A stretch of DNA of 64,000 nt from an uncultured Thermoanaerobaculia bacterium. Its GTDB lineage: Bacteria; Acidobacteriota; Thermoanaerobaculia; Multivoradales; JAGPDF01. The stretch is from the NCBI GenBank assembly GCA_964471955.1, contig CAYYIK010000001.1:89912-153911 (forward strand), in the 5' to 3' direction. Both the position numbers and the translations under genes were made by a program. Of the stretch, positions 38,227 to 46,868 are shown piece by piece. Under the pieces are notes generated by a model. The model was not told the origin of the DNA. It worked only from the letters and a program-made list of their open reading frames with translations, and did not search any database. Within the stretch, counting starts at the first letter, position 1; each line of letters starts with the position of its first letter.

Positions 38227-39248
38227 CACCGGCTCCCCGACTCCTCCGGCGGGACGGTTCCCACCGGCACTTCGATCTCCGCGAGAACGCGGTCGCGGAA
38301 GGTCAGCCGCTTCCAGGCGGCCCGGCGGCCCGCGTGCTCGACGCGCAGCTCGTAGCGGCCTGGCTCGAGGCCGAGAAAAGTCGCGCTCCCTCCGGCCACG
38401 TCGAGCACGCGGCGGACTCCCTCCCCCTCCAGGATCGCCGTTGCCGCGACTTCCGGCCGCAGCCGCACCACCAACGCGGCCGACCGGCGGCCCGGATCGT
38501 TGGCGCGCACGCGCAGCCCTTCCCTGCCGGTGCCGTTCCAGCTCCACAGGTCGATCTCGCGGCCGCGATCGTCGCGATCCACGAGAGCCCCGCTCCCCGG
38601 CGCCCCCTCCAGCCGGTCGTCTGCCAGGCGGAGATAGGTCGCGGGGACGAAATGGTGCGTGGCGACGGGATCACTGAAGACCCAGCCGCGATCCGGATAC
38701 CGCACTTCGACCCAGCGGTGGAACCCCGGCGGGGGCCCCCAGCGCGTCCTCTCGACGACGTAGCCCGGCACCTCGCGGGCCTCGATTCCGACGCTGGCGA
38801 GCAGCGCCACGGTGAGCCGCGCGATGCCGGTGCAGTAGGCGCTGCGCCGCTCCAGAACCCTCTCCGCCGACTGGTCGGCCTCGCGGTCGAGGTCGTACTC
38901 GATGTTGTCGGAAACCCAGGCCAGGACGCGCGAGACGGCCTCGTACTGCTCGCGGGCGCCGGCCGTCAGCGCGGCGGCGAGCCGACCCACCGGATCGGAC
39001 CTGTCGCCGCGCGGCGGCTCGAACGGCGCTCGACTGGCGAGCGGCGCAAGGTCGACGCGGACGGACACGGTTCCGTCGCCGTTGCGACGCAGCCGGTAGC
39101 CGTGGTTGTCGTAGTCGTGAACGACCACTCCGGGGGGCGGCAGAAGCGTCGCCTCGTCCCGTCCGTCGACCACGCGCGCCAGGGCGCTCCAGCCGGCCGA
39201 AGCAAGCAGGAAGCCGGCGAGGAAGAGGGGAAACGGGCCGACTTTCAT
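38226..39248 (-). CDS. Secreted transglutaminase-like cysteine peptidase-fold protein with a C-terminal beta-sandwich-like domain
   Basis: Signal/anchor MKVGPFPLFLAGFLLASAG. Cys-His-Asp core context R.SAYCTGIARL, FHRWVEVRY and WVFSDP. Confidence 0.7.
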   Translation of the reverse strand: MKVGPFPLFLAGFLLASAGWSALARVVDGRDEATLLPPPGVVVHDYDNHGYRLRRNGDGTVSVRVDLAPLASRAPFEPPRGDRSDPVGRLAAALTAGAREQYEAVSRVLAWVSDNIEYDLDREADQSAERVLERRSAYCTGIARLTVALLASVGIEAREVPGYVVERTRWGPPPGFHRWVEVRYPDRGWVFSDPVATHHFVPATYLRLADDRLEGAPGSGALVDRDDRGREIDLWSWNGTGREGLRVRANDPGRRSAALVVRLRPEVAATAILEGEGVRRVLDVAGGSATFLGLEPGRYELRVEHAGRRAAWKRLTFRDRVLAEIEVPVGTVPPEESGSR

Positions 39249-39760
39249 CCCGGTCCGGGCGGGAAGACCCCGCGCTTGAGCATGCCGTCGAGCAGTCCGT
39301 TGACGAACTTGCCCGACTGGTCCGAGCCGAATCGTTTCGCCAGCTCGACGGCTTCGTCGACGACCACCAGCCGCGGCACATCGAGCTCGCGGAGCAGCTC
39401 GAAGACGGCGAGCCGGAGGATGTTGCGGTCGACCGGAGGCATCCGCTCGAGGCGCCAGTTCTCGGCCTGAGCCCGGATCAGCCCGTCGATCTCCGGCAGT
39501 CGGGAACGCGTCCCCTCGAACAGCTGGCGGGCATGCTCGAAGGCGGCCCGTCCCTCATCGAGGGCCGCGGCAGAGCGGGTCCGTGGGCGGTCCGCAGCGC
39601 CCCCGTCGTCCGCGGCCGCTGCGGCCTCGGCGCTGGAGCGCTCGAGCAGAAAATCGGCGACGTCGAAGTTGCCGACGATCGTCGGCTCGGCGCTCGCGGC
39701 CAGATCGGCCTGGTAGAGCATCTGGACCGCCATCTCCCGCGCCAACCGCCGCTTGCCCAC
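39245..39760 (-). CDS. nusB: Transcription antitermination factor NusB
   Basis: RRLAREMAVQMLYQ, DRNILRLAVFEL, V..DEAVELAK.F.......FVNG.LD. Confidence 0.9.
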   Translation of the reverse strand: MGKRRLAREMAVQMLYQADLAASAEPTIVGNFDVADFLLERSSAEAAAAADDGGAADRPRTRSAAALDEGRAAFEHARQLFEGTRSRLPEIDGLIRAQAENWRLERMPPVDRNILRLAVFELLRELDVPRLVVVDEAVELAKRFGSDQSGKFVNGLLDGMLKRGVFPPGPG

Positions 39761-39831
39761 GCAACCTCGCTCCCGTCGCGATCAAAGAGCCACGGAGAGA
39801 CGGCCACCCGCCGCCCTCCGGTCCGACCCGG

Positions 39832-40314
39832 TCAGTCGCCGAGCCGCCCCAGCCTGCCGGCCATCTCGAGGACGGCGAGCGCCGCCTCGTCCCCCTTGTT
39901 GCCGAGTTCGCCGCCCGCCCGTGCCTCGGCCTGGGCCTGGTCGTCGCAGGTGAGGACGCCGAACCCGACCGGCAGAGCGTGACGCAGGGCGACGTCCATC
40001 GCCCCCCGCGCGCACTCTCCGGCCACGAACTCGAAGTGCGGCGTGCCGCCCCGGATGACCGCTCCCAGGGCCAGCAGACCGTCGAATCGCCCGTCGCGGG
40101 CCAGCGCTTCGAGGGCGACCGGAATCTCCCAGGCCCCCGGTACCCGGACCACTTTCACCGCGCCTTCCGCCACGCCGTGGCGCGCCAGGGCGGCCAGCGC
40201 CCCCTCCAGCAGCCGCTCGACGATCGCCTCGTTGAACCGCGAGGCGACCACGCCGATCCGTCGGCCGGAGCCGTCGAGAGGGGATTCGGATGGGCGCAGA
40301 GTACTCATTTTCAA
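39832..40314 (-). CDS. ribH: 6,7-dimethyl-8-ribityllumazine synthase
   Basis: RIGVVASRFN, VPGA.EIP and G.VIRG.T.HFE.V motifs. Confidence 0.93.
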   Translation of the reverse strand: MKMSTLRPSESPLDGSGRRIGVVASRFNEAIVERLLEGALAALARHGVAEGAVKVVRVPGAWEIPVALEALARDGRFDGLLALGAVIRGGTPHFEFVAGECARGAMDVALRHALPVGFGVLTCDDQAQAEARAGGELGNKGDEAALAVLEMAGRLGRLGD

Positions 40315-40334
40315 GGGACTTCCGGCGGCGGCAC

Positions 40335-40364
40335 AGTGTAGCCGCGGCGGCGGCGGAGTGTCAA
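40335..40364 (-). promoter_or_regulatory. Putative sigma-70 promoter of the ribH-nusB-...-lptE operon (TTGACA-N18-TACACT)
   Basis: Minus-strand TTGACA at 40364-40359 and TACACT at 40340-40335, 20 nt upstream of the ribH ATG. Confidence 0.45.
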
Positions 40365-40389
40365 CGAACGCGCCGCTTCGAAGCGGGTT

Positions 40390-41097
40390 TCAGAGATCGC
40401 CGCCGGGCGGACGCAGCCGGATCTCCTCGACCACGGCACCCTCGAGCTCGAGGCCCCACAGCAGGGCGCGGACGACCGCCTCCGGCGCCATCATCCGCGT
40501 GCGGTCCCACTCTCCCGGCAGGGTGTCCCAGAGCGGACTGACGGTGGCGCCGGGGGTCAGCGCGAGGATGCGCAATCCGGAGCCGGCGAGCTCCTCGCGC
40601 AGCGTCTCGACGAGCCCGAGCAGGCCCCACTTGGAGGCGCTGTAGGCCGACCAGCCGGGAAAAGTCCGCCGCGCCGCGACCGAGAGGATCGGAACGAGCG
40701 TACCGTGCCGCCGCTCCAGCATCGCCGGCAACACGGCACGCAGCAGGTTCGCGCAGCCGAGCAGGTTGGTGGCGACCACCTCGTCGAAGGGCTGGGCCGC
40801 CAGCTGCGTGAAGGGCGCGACGCGGGCCACGCCCGCCGCCGGAACCACCACCTCGACCGGTCCGACCTCGGCCTCGATCCGCCGGACAGCGATCTCCACG
40901 GCGGCGGCGTCCCGGACATCGGTCGCCACCGCAAGGCCGCTTCCCTCGGTCTGCGCCAGCACCTCCTCGAGCGGCGCGAGCCGCCGGCCGAGCAGGCCCA
41001 GCGAGTGCCCGCGCCCGGCGAGGGCCAGCGCACAGGCCCGCCCGATTCCGGATCCGGCGCCGCTGACCAGCGCGACGCCCCGGGCCGGCGCGCTCAC
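40390..41097 (-). CDS. Short-chain dehydrogenase/reductase (SDR) family oxidoreductase
   Basis: VSGAGSGIGRA Rossmann motif and YSASK active-site motif. Start set at GTG 41097, because the longer ORF (to 41196) reads through tRNA-Pro. Confidence 0.8.
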   Translation of the reverse strand: MSAPARGVALVSGAGSGIGRACALALAGRGHSLGLLGRRLAPLEEVLAQTEGSGLAVATDVRDAAAVEIAVRRIEAEVGPVEVVVPAAGVARVAPFTQLAAQPFDEVVATNLLGCANLLRAVLPAMLERRHGTLVPILSVAARRTFPGWSAYSASKWGLLGLVETLREELAGSGLRILALTPGATVSPLWDTLPGEWDRTRMMAPEAVVRALLWGLELEGAVVEEIRLRPPGGDL

Positions 41098-41151
41098 CGG
41101 CGCTCCGGACGGGGCAGGACGAGGCAGAGGAGATGCGGAAGGAAGAGAAGA

Positions 41152-41228
41152 TGGTCGGGACGGCGAGATTTGAACTCGCGACCCCCTGAACCCCATTCAG
41201 GTACGCTACCAGGCTGCGCCACGTCCCG
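41152..41228 (-). tRNA. tRNA-Pro (anticodon GGG), CCA encoded
   Basis: Hand-folded cloverleaf: acceptor CGGGACG/CGTCCCG, D-arm GCGC-AGCCTGGTA-GCGT, anticodon arm CCTGA-ATGGGGT-TCAGG, T-arm GCGAG-TTCAAAT-CTCGC, then A-CCA. Confidence 0.9.
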
Positions 41229-41271
41229 ACCGGAACTGCTCAATGGCTGGAGTTCCCGGCCGACATCCCGG

Positions 41272-41703
41272 TCAGCGACCGGGCTTGCCGAGAAGCTCGA
41301 GAATCGACCGCGCCTCGGCGAGCGCCGCGGCGATTCCGTTGCGCAGGGTTTCTATCCGCTCCTCCGGCGGCGAGTCAAGCGCCGCGGGCGCGAGCGGCCC
41401 GTCTCCGCTCGCCGTCGCCGCCGGAGGCGCCGCTTCCGCGAACAGGGACGGCGACGCGGCCGCGTGCCCCGCCGGCTCCCCTTCGAGCTTCTTCTTGGCG
41501 CCGGCGATCGTGTAGCCCTCCTCGTAGAGGAGCTGCTGGATCCGCCGGAGCGTGGCGACTTCGTCGGCCGAGAAAGTGCGCGCCGGGCCGTTCCCCTTGC
41601 CCTGCAGCATCGGGAACTCGGTCTCCCAGTAGCGCAGGACGTAAGGTGGCAGATCGAGCTGCTTGCAGACTTCGGCGGCTTTGAACGTTCGCTTCATCGG
41701 CAT
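41272..41703 (-). CDS. MerR-family transcriptional regulator
   Basis: N-terminal HTH F.AAEVCKQLDLPPYVLRYWETEFP and a coiled-coil-like middle region. Confidence 0.8.
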   Translation of the reverse strand: MPMKRTFKAAEVCKQLDLPPYVLRYWETEFPMLQGKGNGPARTFSADEVATLRRIQQLLYEEGYTIAGAKKKLEGEPAGHAAASPSLFAEAAPPAATASGDGPLAPAALDSPPEERIETLRNGIAAALAEARSILELLGKPGR

Positions 41704-41738
41704 CCGACCGGTGCGCCGATCCTAGACCCGCAGGCGGC

Positions 41739-43052
41739 TCAAGTCGAGCGCTGGCGGACGACCAGGCGGACCGGCACGCCCGCGAGGTCGAACGTCTCGC
41801 GCAGCCGGTTCTCCAGATAGCGGCGATAGGAGTGCGTGAGCGGCAGCGAGCGATTCGCGAAGAGCATGAACGTCGGCGGACCGCTCGCCACCTGGGTCGC
41901 GTAGAAGAGTTTCCACGGGCGGTGATCGAGCCGGGGCGGCTGATGCTGCTGGATCCACTGCTCGAAGAGGCGATTGAGTTCGCCGGTCGAAACCTGAAGC
42001 CGGAAGCCGGCGTGCGCACGGTCGATTCGCTCGAAGAGATTCTCCACCGCCCTGCCGGTGAGCGCCGAGATATTGACGTGCGGCGGGTCGGCCAGGGCGT
42101 CGGCGAGCCGCGGCCAGGAGCGCTCGAGCCGCTCGCGCCCCTCGTCGTCGAGCAGATCCCACTTGTTGACCGCCACCACCGCGGCGCGTCCCGCCTGCCA
42201 GATCGCGCCCGCCACGGCAAGGTCCCCCGTCGTGACCCCTTGAGGCGCCTCGACGACCAGCACCGCGACCTCGGCGCGCTCGATCTGGCGCCGCGCCAGC
42301 ATCACCGCGAGCTCTTCCGGCGCATCCGAGACCTTCGCCCGCCGCCGCATGCCGGCCGTGTCGATCAACAGGTAGTTGCGGCCGTCGCGCTCCAGCGGCG
42401 TGTCGATCGGATCCCGCGTCGTGCCGGCTACCGGCGAGACGAGCGTGCGGGATTCGCCCACCAGCCGGTTGAGCAGCGACGACTTGCCGACGTTGGGACG
42501 CCCGACGATCGCCACCGGGATGGCGCCCTCCGCCGGTCCGTCCGTCGCTTCGGCGGGCGGCAGCGACGCGGCGATCCGCTCCCTCAGTTCGGCGACGCCG
42601 AGGCCGTGCTCGGCCGAGACGGGGATCGGCTCCCCGAGTCCCAGCGCCCAGAACTCCCCGACCCCCTCGGCAGCCTGGCGGACGTCCGACTTGTTGACCA
42701 CCAGCAGGGTCGGCCGCCGGTGCGGGCGCAGCTCGTCGAGAACCCGCTGATCGGCCGCGGTAATCCCCTCGCGTCCGTCGACGACGAAAAGCAGCAGGTC
42801 GCTCTCGTCGACCGCGGCGAGAACCTGGTCGTTGATGCCCAGCGGGTCCTCCCCGGGGACGAGCCCGCCCGTGTCGACCCACTGAACCGGGCGGCCCTCG
42901 GCGAGATCGGCCAGGGCAACCAGGCGATCGCGGGTGACGCCCGGTTGATTGTGGACGATCGCCTGGCGCCGTCCGACGAGGCGATTGAACAGGGTCGACT
43001 TGCCGACGTTGGGCCGGCCGACGATGGCTACCGAGGCGGTGAGGGCCGTCAC
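41739..43052 (-). CDS. der: Ribosome-biogenesis GTPase Der (EngA), two tandem GTPase domains plus a KH-like domain
   Basis: GRPNVGKSTLFN and a second GRPNVGKSSLLN P-loop, DTGG/DTAG and NK.D motifs. Confidence 0.95.
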   Translation of the reverse strand: MTALTASVAIVGRPNVGKSTLFNRLVGRRQAIVHNQPGVTRDRLVALADLAEGRPVQWVDTGGLVPGEDPLGINDQVLAAVDESDLLLFVVDGREGITAADQRVLDELRPHRRPTLLVVNKSDVRQAAEGVGEFWALGLGEPIPVSAEHGLGVAELRERIAASLPPAEATDGPAEGAIPVAIVGRPNVGKSSLLNRLVGESRTLVSPVAGTTRDPIDTPLERDGRNYLLIDTAGMRRRAKVSDAPEELAVMLARRQIERAEVAVLVVEAPQGVTTGDLAVAGAIWQAGRAAVVAVNKWDLLDDEGRERLERSWPRLADALADPPHVNISALTGRAVENLFERIDRAHAGFRLQVSTGELNRLFEQWIQQHQPPRLDHRPWKLFYATQVASGPPTFMLFANRSLPLTHSYRRYLENRLRETFDLAGVPVRLVVRQRST

Positions 43053-43519
43053 GGAGCTTCCGACGAAGCCTTCAGCAGCCGCTGCAGAATGACCCAGCGG
43101 CCCGACTCCTGGACCAGGCTGTAGACGATCTGGTTCTCCTGCCGTGGCGACTCGGAGACCGTCAGCTCACTGCCCTCGGCGACCACGCGAAGCTCCCAGA
43201 CCTCCAGCGCGACGGCGGTCGCCGAAGCGTTGCCGAAGTCGACCTCCGTCATCGTCTGGGAGAGCAGCCGTGGCCGCAGAGCGCGCCCCTCCGCCGCCAG
43301 CTCTTCGATGCGGGCACGCACCCGCTCCTGTTCGCGCACCGTGGCCACGGACGCGATGGGCGTCGGGTCTCCCGACTCGTAAGCGGCGGTCAGCGCGGTG
43401 GCGTACTGCGCCAGCAGGGTCTCGATCGCGCGGCGATCGGCTTCGCGCGCGGCGCCGCGGCCGCATGCGAGGCTGGCCAGCAGGGACAGGGCGAGGAGGG
43501 CGCGCAGGGGATTCGTCAC
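43049..43519 (-). CDS. Hypothetical lipoprotein
   Basis: Lipobox LLASLACG. No family recognised. GTGA-coupled to der. Confidence 0.6.
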   Translation of the reverse strand: MTNPLRALLALSLLASLACGRGAAREADRRAIETLLAQYATALTAAYESGDPTPIASVATVREQERVRARIEELAAEGRALRPRLLSQTMTEVDFGNASATAVALEVWELRVVAEGSELTVSESPRQENQIVYSLVQESGRWVILQRLLKASSEAP

Positions 43520-43564
43520 GCCACGAGTCTAGCCGACTGCGGCGTGTTGCCGGCGCTGCCGATG

Positions 43565-43594
43565 TTGACAGCGGACCGCACCGACGCATACGAT
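43565..43594 (+). promoter_or_regulatory. Putative sigma-70 promoter of tRNA-Leu (TTGACA-N18-TACGAT)
   Basis: TTGACA at 43565-43570 and TACGAT at 43589-43594. The -10 ends about 10 nt before the tRNA 5' end. Confidence 0.5.
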
Positions 43595-43604
43595 TGCTGG
43601 CCGC

Positions 43605-43691
43605 GCGAAAGTGGCGGAATTGGTAGACGCGCAAGCCTCAGGAGCTTGTGGTCGCAAGGCCGTGGGGGTTCGAGTCCCCCCTTTCGCACCA
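43605..43691 (+). tRNA. tRNA-Leu (anticodon CAG), long variable arm, CCA encoded
   Basis: Acceptor GCGAAAG/CTTTCGC, anticodon arm CAAGC-CTCAGGA-GCTTG, variable arm TGGTCGCAAGGCCGT, T-arm GGGGG-TTCGAGT-CCCCC, then A-CCA. Confidence 0.9.
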
Positions 43692-43710
43692 ACCCCTCCC
43701 CCTCCGAGAG

Positions 43711-43730
43711 CGATCGCCCGCGGGCGATCG
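43711..43730. terminator. Palindromic hairpin between tRNA-Leu and the convergent hot-dog gene
   Basis: CGATCGCCC-GC-GGGCGATCG (9-nt arms). No U-tract. Confidence 0.3.
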
Positions 43731-43752
43731 GAGATCCCCGCGGGGTGGCCGT

Positions 43753-44121
43753 TCAGCCGGCCGCCAGCACGACGATCGCCTCGCCGACCTCGGCCCGCTC
43801 GACCCGCACGATCCCCCGGACCCGCACCAGGCCGCCGAAGCGGTTCAGCACCTCGACCCGGATGTCGCAGTCGTCCCCCGGCGCGGGCGCGAGCACGACG
43901 CTCGCCCGCTCGATGGCCGCCAGCACGAGACGCCGGGGCTCCGTCTCGTCGGGCGCCAGCAGCAGCGCGGCGCTCTGGGCGACGGCCTCGGCCAGCAGTG
44001 TGACGGAAAGGTGGGCGGTCGCGCCACGCGACCACCAGGAATCCGCACTGACGCGTACCACCGCCCGCTCGTCGGACGCGCGGTCGACGAACCGGAAGGG
44101 GAAGGTGTGCGGGAGCCTCAA
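43753..44121 (-). CDS. FabA/FabZ-like hot-dog-fold (3R)-hydroxyacyl-ACP dehydratase
   Basis: LPHTFPFRFVD matches the FabZ-type LPHR.PFLLVD active-site motif. 122 aa. Confidence 0.7.
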   Translation of the reverse strand: MRLPHTFPFRFVDRASDERAVVRVSADSWWSRGATAHLSVTLLAEAVAQSAALLLAPDETEPRRLVLAAIERASVVLAPAPGDDCDIRVEVLNRFGGLVRVRGIVRVERAEVGEAIVVLAAG

Positions 44122-44408
44122 GCCGGCGTGTCGACGAGTCCGGAGTTGCGGGTCAGCACGAACTCGGCCAGCTTCTCGACCGAGCCGAGAGCTTCGGTTC
44201 CGACCTCTTCGTTCTCGATCTTGACGCCGAACTCCTGCTCGACGCCGAGCACCAGCTCGAGCGCATCGATCGAGTCCAGACCGAGGCCGTCGGGGCCGAA
44301 CAGAGCCTCCTGGTCGCCGATCGACTCCGGGAGCCGGTCGAGCTTCAGGCGCTCCACCAGGATTTTCTTGATCCGGACCTTGACCTCGTCACGCACGGGA
44401 GCACTCAT
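44118..44408 (-). CDS. Acyl carrier protein
   Basis: LGLDSIDALELV phosphopantetheine-attachment motif in 96 aa. Confidence 0.85.
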   Translation of the reverse strand: MSAPVRDEVKVRIKKILVERLKLDRLPESIGDQEALFGPDGLGLDSIDALELVLGVEQEFGVKIENEEVGTEALGSVEKLAEFVLTRNSGLVDTPA

Positions 44409-44445
44409 GGGCGCAAAATGCTAGCACTGCCCGGGCGGGATCGCC

Positions 44446-45180
44446 TCAGCGCATCACCAGGCCGCCGTCGACGGCGATCGTCTGCCCGGTGATGTAGGAG
44501 GCCTGGTCGGACGCCAGGAACGCGATCAGTGCCGCCACCTCCTCCGGCCGGCCAACCCGCGCCAGGGGTACCCCCTTGAGGTAGCCCTCGAGCTTGGCGG
44601 CCGGCAGGCCGGCGAGCAGCTCGGTGTCGATGAAGCCGGGCGCCACCGTGTTGACCGTGACGCCGAAGCCGGCCGCTTCGCGCGCCAGTGCCCGCGCGAA
44701 GGCGATCAGGCCGCCCTTGGCGGCGCTGTAGTGCGTCTGGCCGATCTGGCCGACAAGGCCGCTGGCGCTGGCCACGGCGATGATCCTCCCCCACCGGGCG
44801 GCATACATCCCCTTGATCAGCGATCGGGTCAGGCGGAAGGCCGAGTTGAGGTTGACGTCGAGGATCGCGGCCCAGTCCTCGTCGCGCAGGAACGGCAGGA
44901 GTCCGTCCCGGATCGCTCCCGCATTGAGGACGAGGACCTGGACCGGCCCGAGGTCGGCGGCGACCCGGTCGAGCATCGCGGTGGTCGCCGCTCGATCCGT
45001 GAGGTCCACCCCGTAGGCCCGCCCGTCGATCTCGACGGCGAGCGCTTCGGCCGCTCCCGCGTGGCGCAGATAGGTCACCGCCACGCGGCAACCGTCGCGC
45101 GCCAGCATGCGGGCGGTGGCCGCCCCGATGCCGCCGCTCGCGCCCGTCACCAGAGCCACCCGGCCGGACTTCGCGGCCAT
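44446..45180 (-). CDS. fabG: 3-oxoacyl-ACP reductase (FabG-like SDR)
   Basis: [19 protein letters not shown] and PGFIDT motifs. Start at [13 protein letters not shown] inside ORF 44446..46038. Confidence 0.85.
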   Translation of the reverse strand: MAAKSGRVALVTGASGGIGAATARMLARDGCRVAVTYLRHAGAAEALAVEIDGRAYGVDLTDRAATTAMLDRVAADLGPVQVLVLNAGAIRDGLLPFLRDEDWAAILDVNLNSAFRLTRSLIKGMYAARWGRIIAVASASGLVGQIGQTHYSAAKGGLIAFARALAREAAGFGVTVNTVAPGFIDTELLAGLPAAKLEGYLKGVPLARVGRPEEVAALIAFLASDQASYITGQTIAVDGGLVMR

Positions 45181-45182
45181 GC

Positions 45183-46106
45183 TCAACCCTCCGCTTCTGC
45201 CGCGACGAGCCGCTGCCGGGAGCCGGACTCCGCCCGCATCGATGCGCCCTCTCCTTCGACGACCGGTGCCGTCGCCGCGGCGAGCTCCCCGAGTGTTCGG
45301 CTCCGGACCCCTCGCAGCCGTCGCGCGAACCGCTCGCGAAAGCCGCGCCGGCCGGCCTCGTGGAAGAAGCGGGCGAAGCCCGTGTAGAGGCCCGGCAGCG
45401 GACGGTCGATCAGCTCCCACGGGTGGACGACCAGCACCGCCGGGCGTCCTGCGGCCATTGCCCGTCGGACGACCGCATCCGGTGCGAGTCGCCCGCACCA
45501 CCCCCCGGCCGGCAGACCCAGAGCCCCCCCCCAGACGAGCGGCGGCAGCTCCAGGATGGCGTTGCCGGGCCAGCAGATCCAGGTGGCGCCGCGGGCGTTG
45601 CGCCGGCGCCCGGCGCCGGGCGAGGGCGCCAGCGAACTGTCGTAGCGGAAACCGAGCTCCGCCACCACCCGAAGGCGCGGATTCGCCGCGTGGCGCAGGG
45701 ACCACTCGGGGGCGCGGAAGCCTTCGACCGGGCGCCCGAGGGTCGAGGCGATCAGGTCGCGGGCCAGCTCGAGGTCCCGCCGGAAGGCCGCCACCGTCCG
45801 GTCGTCGGCGCGCAGGTGCAGGTGGCCGTGGCAGGCCACCTCGTGCCCCGCGGCGGCGATCTCGCGCACCCGCCCGGGCAGGCGGGCCGCCACTTCTCCG
45901 AGTACGAAGAAGGTCGCGCGAGTCCCGAGTGCCGCGAAGAGATCGAGCATCTCGGGAAGCAGCCGATCCAGCTCCTCGGTCAGTGGCGGTCGGAGCTCCG
46001 GCCGGACGTACTCGGGAACCCAGCAGGAGTGGTACCACTCCTCGACGTCCACGGTCACCGCGAGACCGGGTGGGCCGACCGCCGGCCGGACCTCAGGGGC
46101 GGGCAT
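45183..46106 (-). CDS. Polysaccharide deacetylase (NodB-fold, DUF3473-type) family protein
   Basis: TVDVEEWYH start of the NodB fold and H.VACHGH metal-ligand context. Start set at ATG 46106, overlapping the upstream GT2 gene by 14 nt. Confidence 0.7.
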   Translation of the reverse strand: MPAPEVRPAVGPPGLAVTVDVEEWYHSCWVPEYVRPELRPPLTEELDRLLPEMLDLFAALGTRATFFVLGEVAARLPGRVREIAAAGHEVACHGHLHLRADDRTVAAFRRDLELARDLIASTLGRPVEGFRAPEWSLRHAANPRLRVVAELGFRYDSSLAPSPGAGRRRNARGATWICWPGNAILELPPLVWGGALGLPAGGWCGRLAPDAVVRRAMAAGRPAVLVVHPWELIDRPLPGLYTGFARFFHEAGRRGFRERFARRLRGVRSRTLGELAAATAPVVEGEGASMRAESGSRQRLVAAEAEG

Positions 46107-46785
46107 CGGAGTCGTCGAAAACCTTGAAGTAGATCGCGGCACAGGAGATCCGGAAGGTGTCGAAAACCGGGCGGAAGTGACTGCCGCCGTCATTGTAGAT
46201 CGTCCGCACCCGCACGTGCTCGAGCCGTGCACCGAGTCGGGCCGCCCGGATCAGCATCTCCGATTCGATGGCATAGCCGTCCGAGCGCAGGGGCATGCGC
46301 CGGGCCAGCGCCGCGGAAATCAGCCGGTACCCCGACTGGGAGTCGAGCAGCTCGAAGCCGCTCATCCAGGAGAGGATCCGCGAGCCGATGTAGTTCGTCC
46401 AGAACCGGGCCGGCGGAATGTCCCGCCGGTCCTCGAGGCGCACGCCGATGATCAGATCGGGCCGGCGCGCGTCCCAGGCGGCGAGAAATGACGGCAGGTC
46501 TGCCGGATCGTGCTGGCCGTCGGCGTCGAGGAGGAGAAGGGCCTCGGCGCCCGCCGCGAGGGCCCGCTCGATCCCGGCGCGCAGCGCGTACCCCTTCCCC
46601 CGGTTGCGCTCGAGGGTCAGGACCTCGGCTCCGGCGGCGCGCGCCACCTCCCCGGTGCGGTCGCGGGAGCCATCGTCGACCACGACCACACTCTCCACGT
46701 GCCGAAGGACACCTTGCACGACCTCGCCGACCGTGCGTTCGCACTGGTAGGCCGGCACGACGACGGACAGGTCTTTCCGATTCAC
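46093..46785 (-). CDS. Family 2 glycosyltransferase (polyprenyl-phosphate sugar transferase-like)
   Basis: SVVVPAY.....V...V, VVVVDDGS.D.T, N.GKG.A...G and LLLDADGQHDP motifs. GTG start at 46785 chosen just before the conserved block. Confidence 0.8.
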   Translation of the reverse strand: MNRKDLSVVVPAYQCERTVGEVVQGVLRHVESVVVVDDGSRDRTGEVARAAGAEVLTLERNRGKGYALRAGIERALAAGAEALLLLDADGQHDPADLPSFLAAWDARRPDLIIGVRLEDRRDIPPARFWTNYIGSRILSWMSGFELLDSQSGYRLISAALARRMPLRSDGYAIESEMLIRAARLGARLEHVRVRTIYNDGGSHFRPVFDTFRISCAAIYFKVFDDSDARP

Positions 46786-46850
46786 GGCGGAGCCCGGCGT
46801 TATAGCACACGCCGATCCCACCCCGATCCCTCTTGCCTGATCGCGAAACC

Positions 46851-46868
46851 TCGTGACAGTCTTCACAG
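46851..46868. promoter_or_regulatory. Rex-operator-like inverted repeat TCGTGAC-AGTC-TTCACAG abutting the nuoA start
   Basis: 11 of 14 specified positions match the established Rex consensus TTGTGAA-N4-TTCACAA. It lies in the 83-bp divergent region between GT2 and nuoA, and a rex gene ends the nuo operon. Confidence 0.45.

Noticed and set aside
41098-41196. N-terminal extension of the SDR ORF (MGFRGSRVQISPSRP…).
   Set aside because: This stretch is the translation of the tRNA-Pro gene body (T-arm/acceptor) on the same strand. A tRNA cloverleaf explains the sequence, so the start was moved to GTG 41097.
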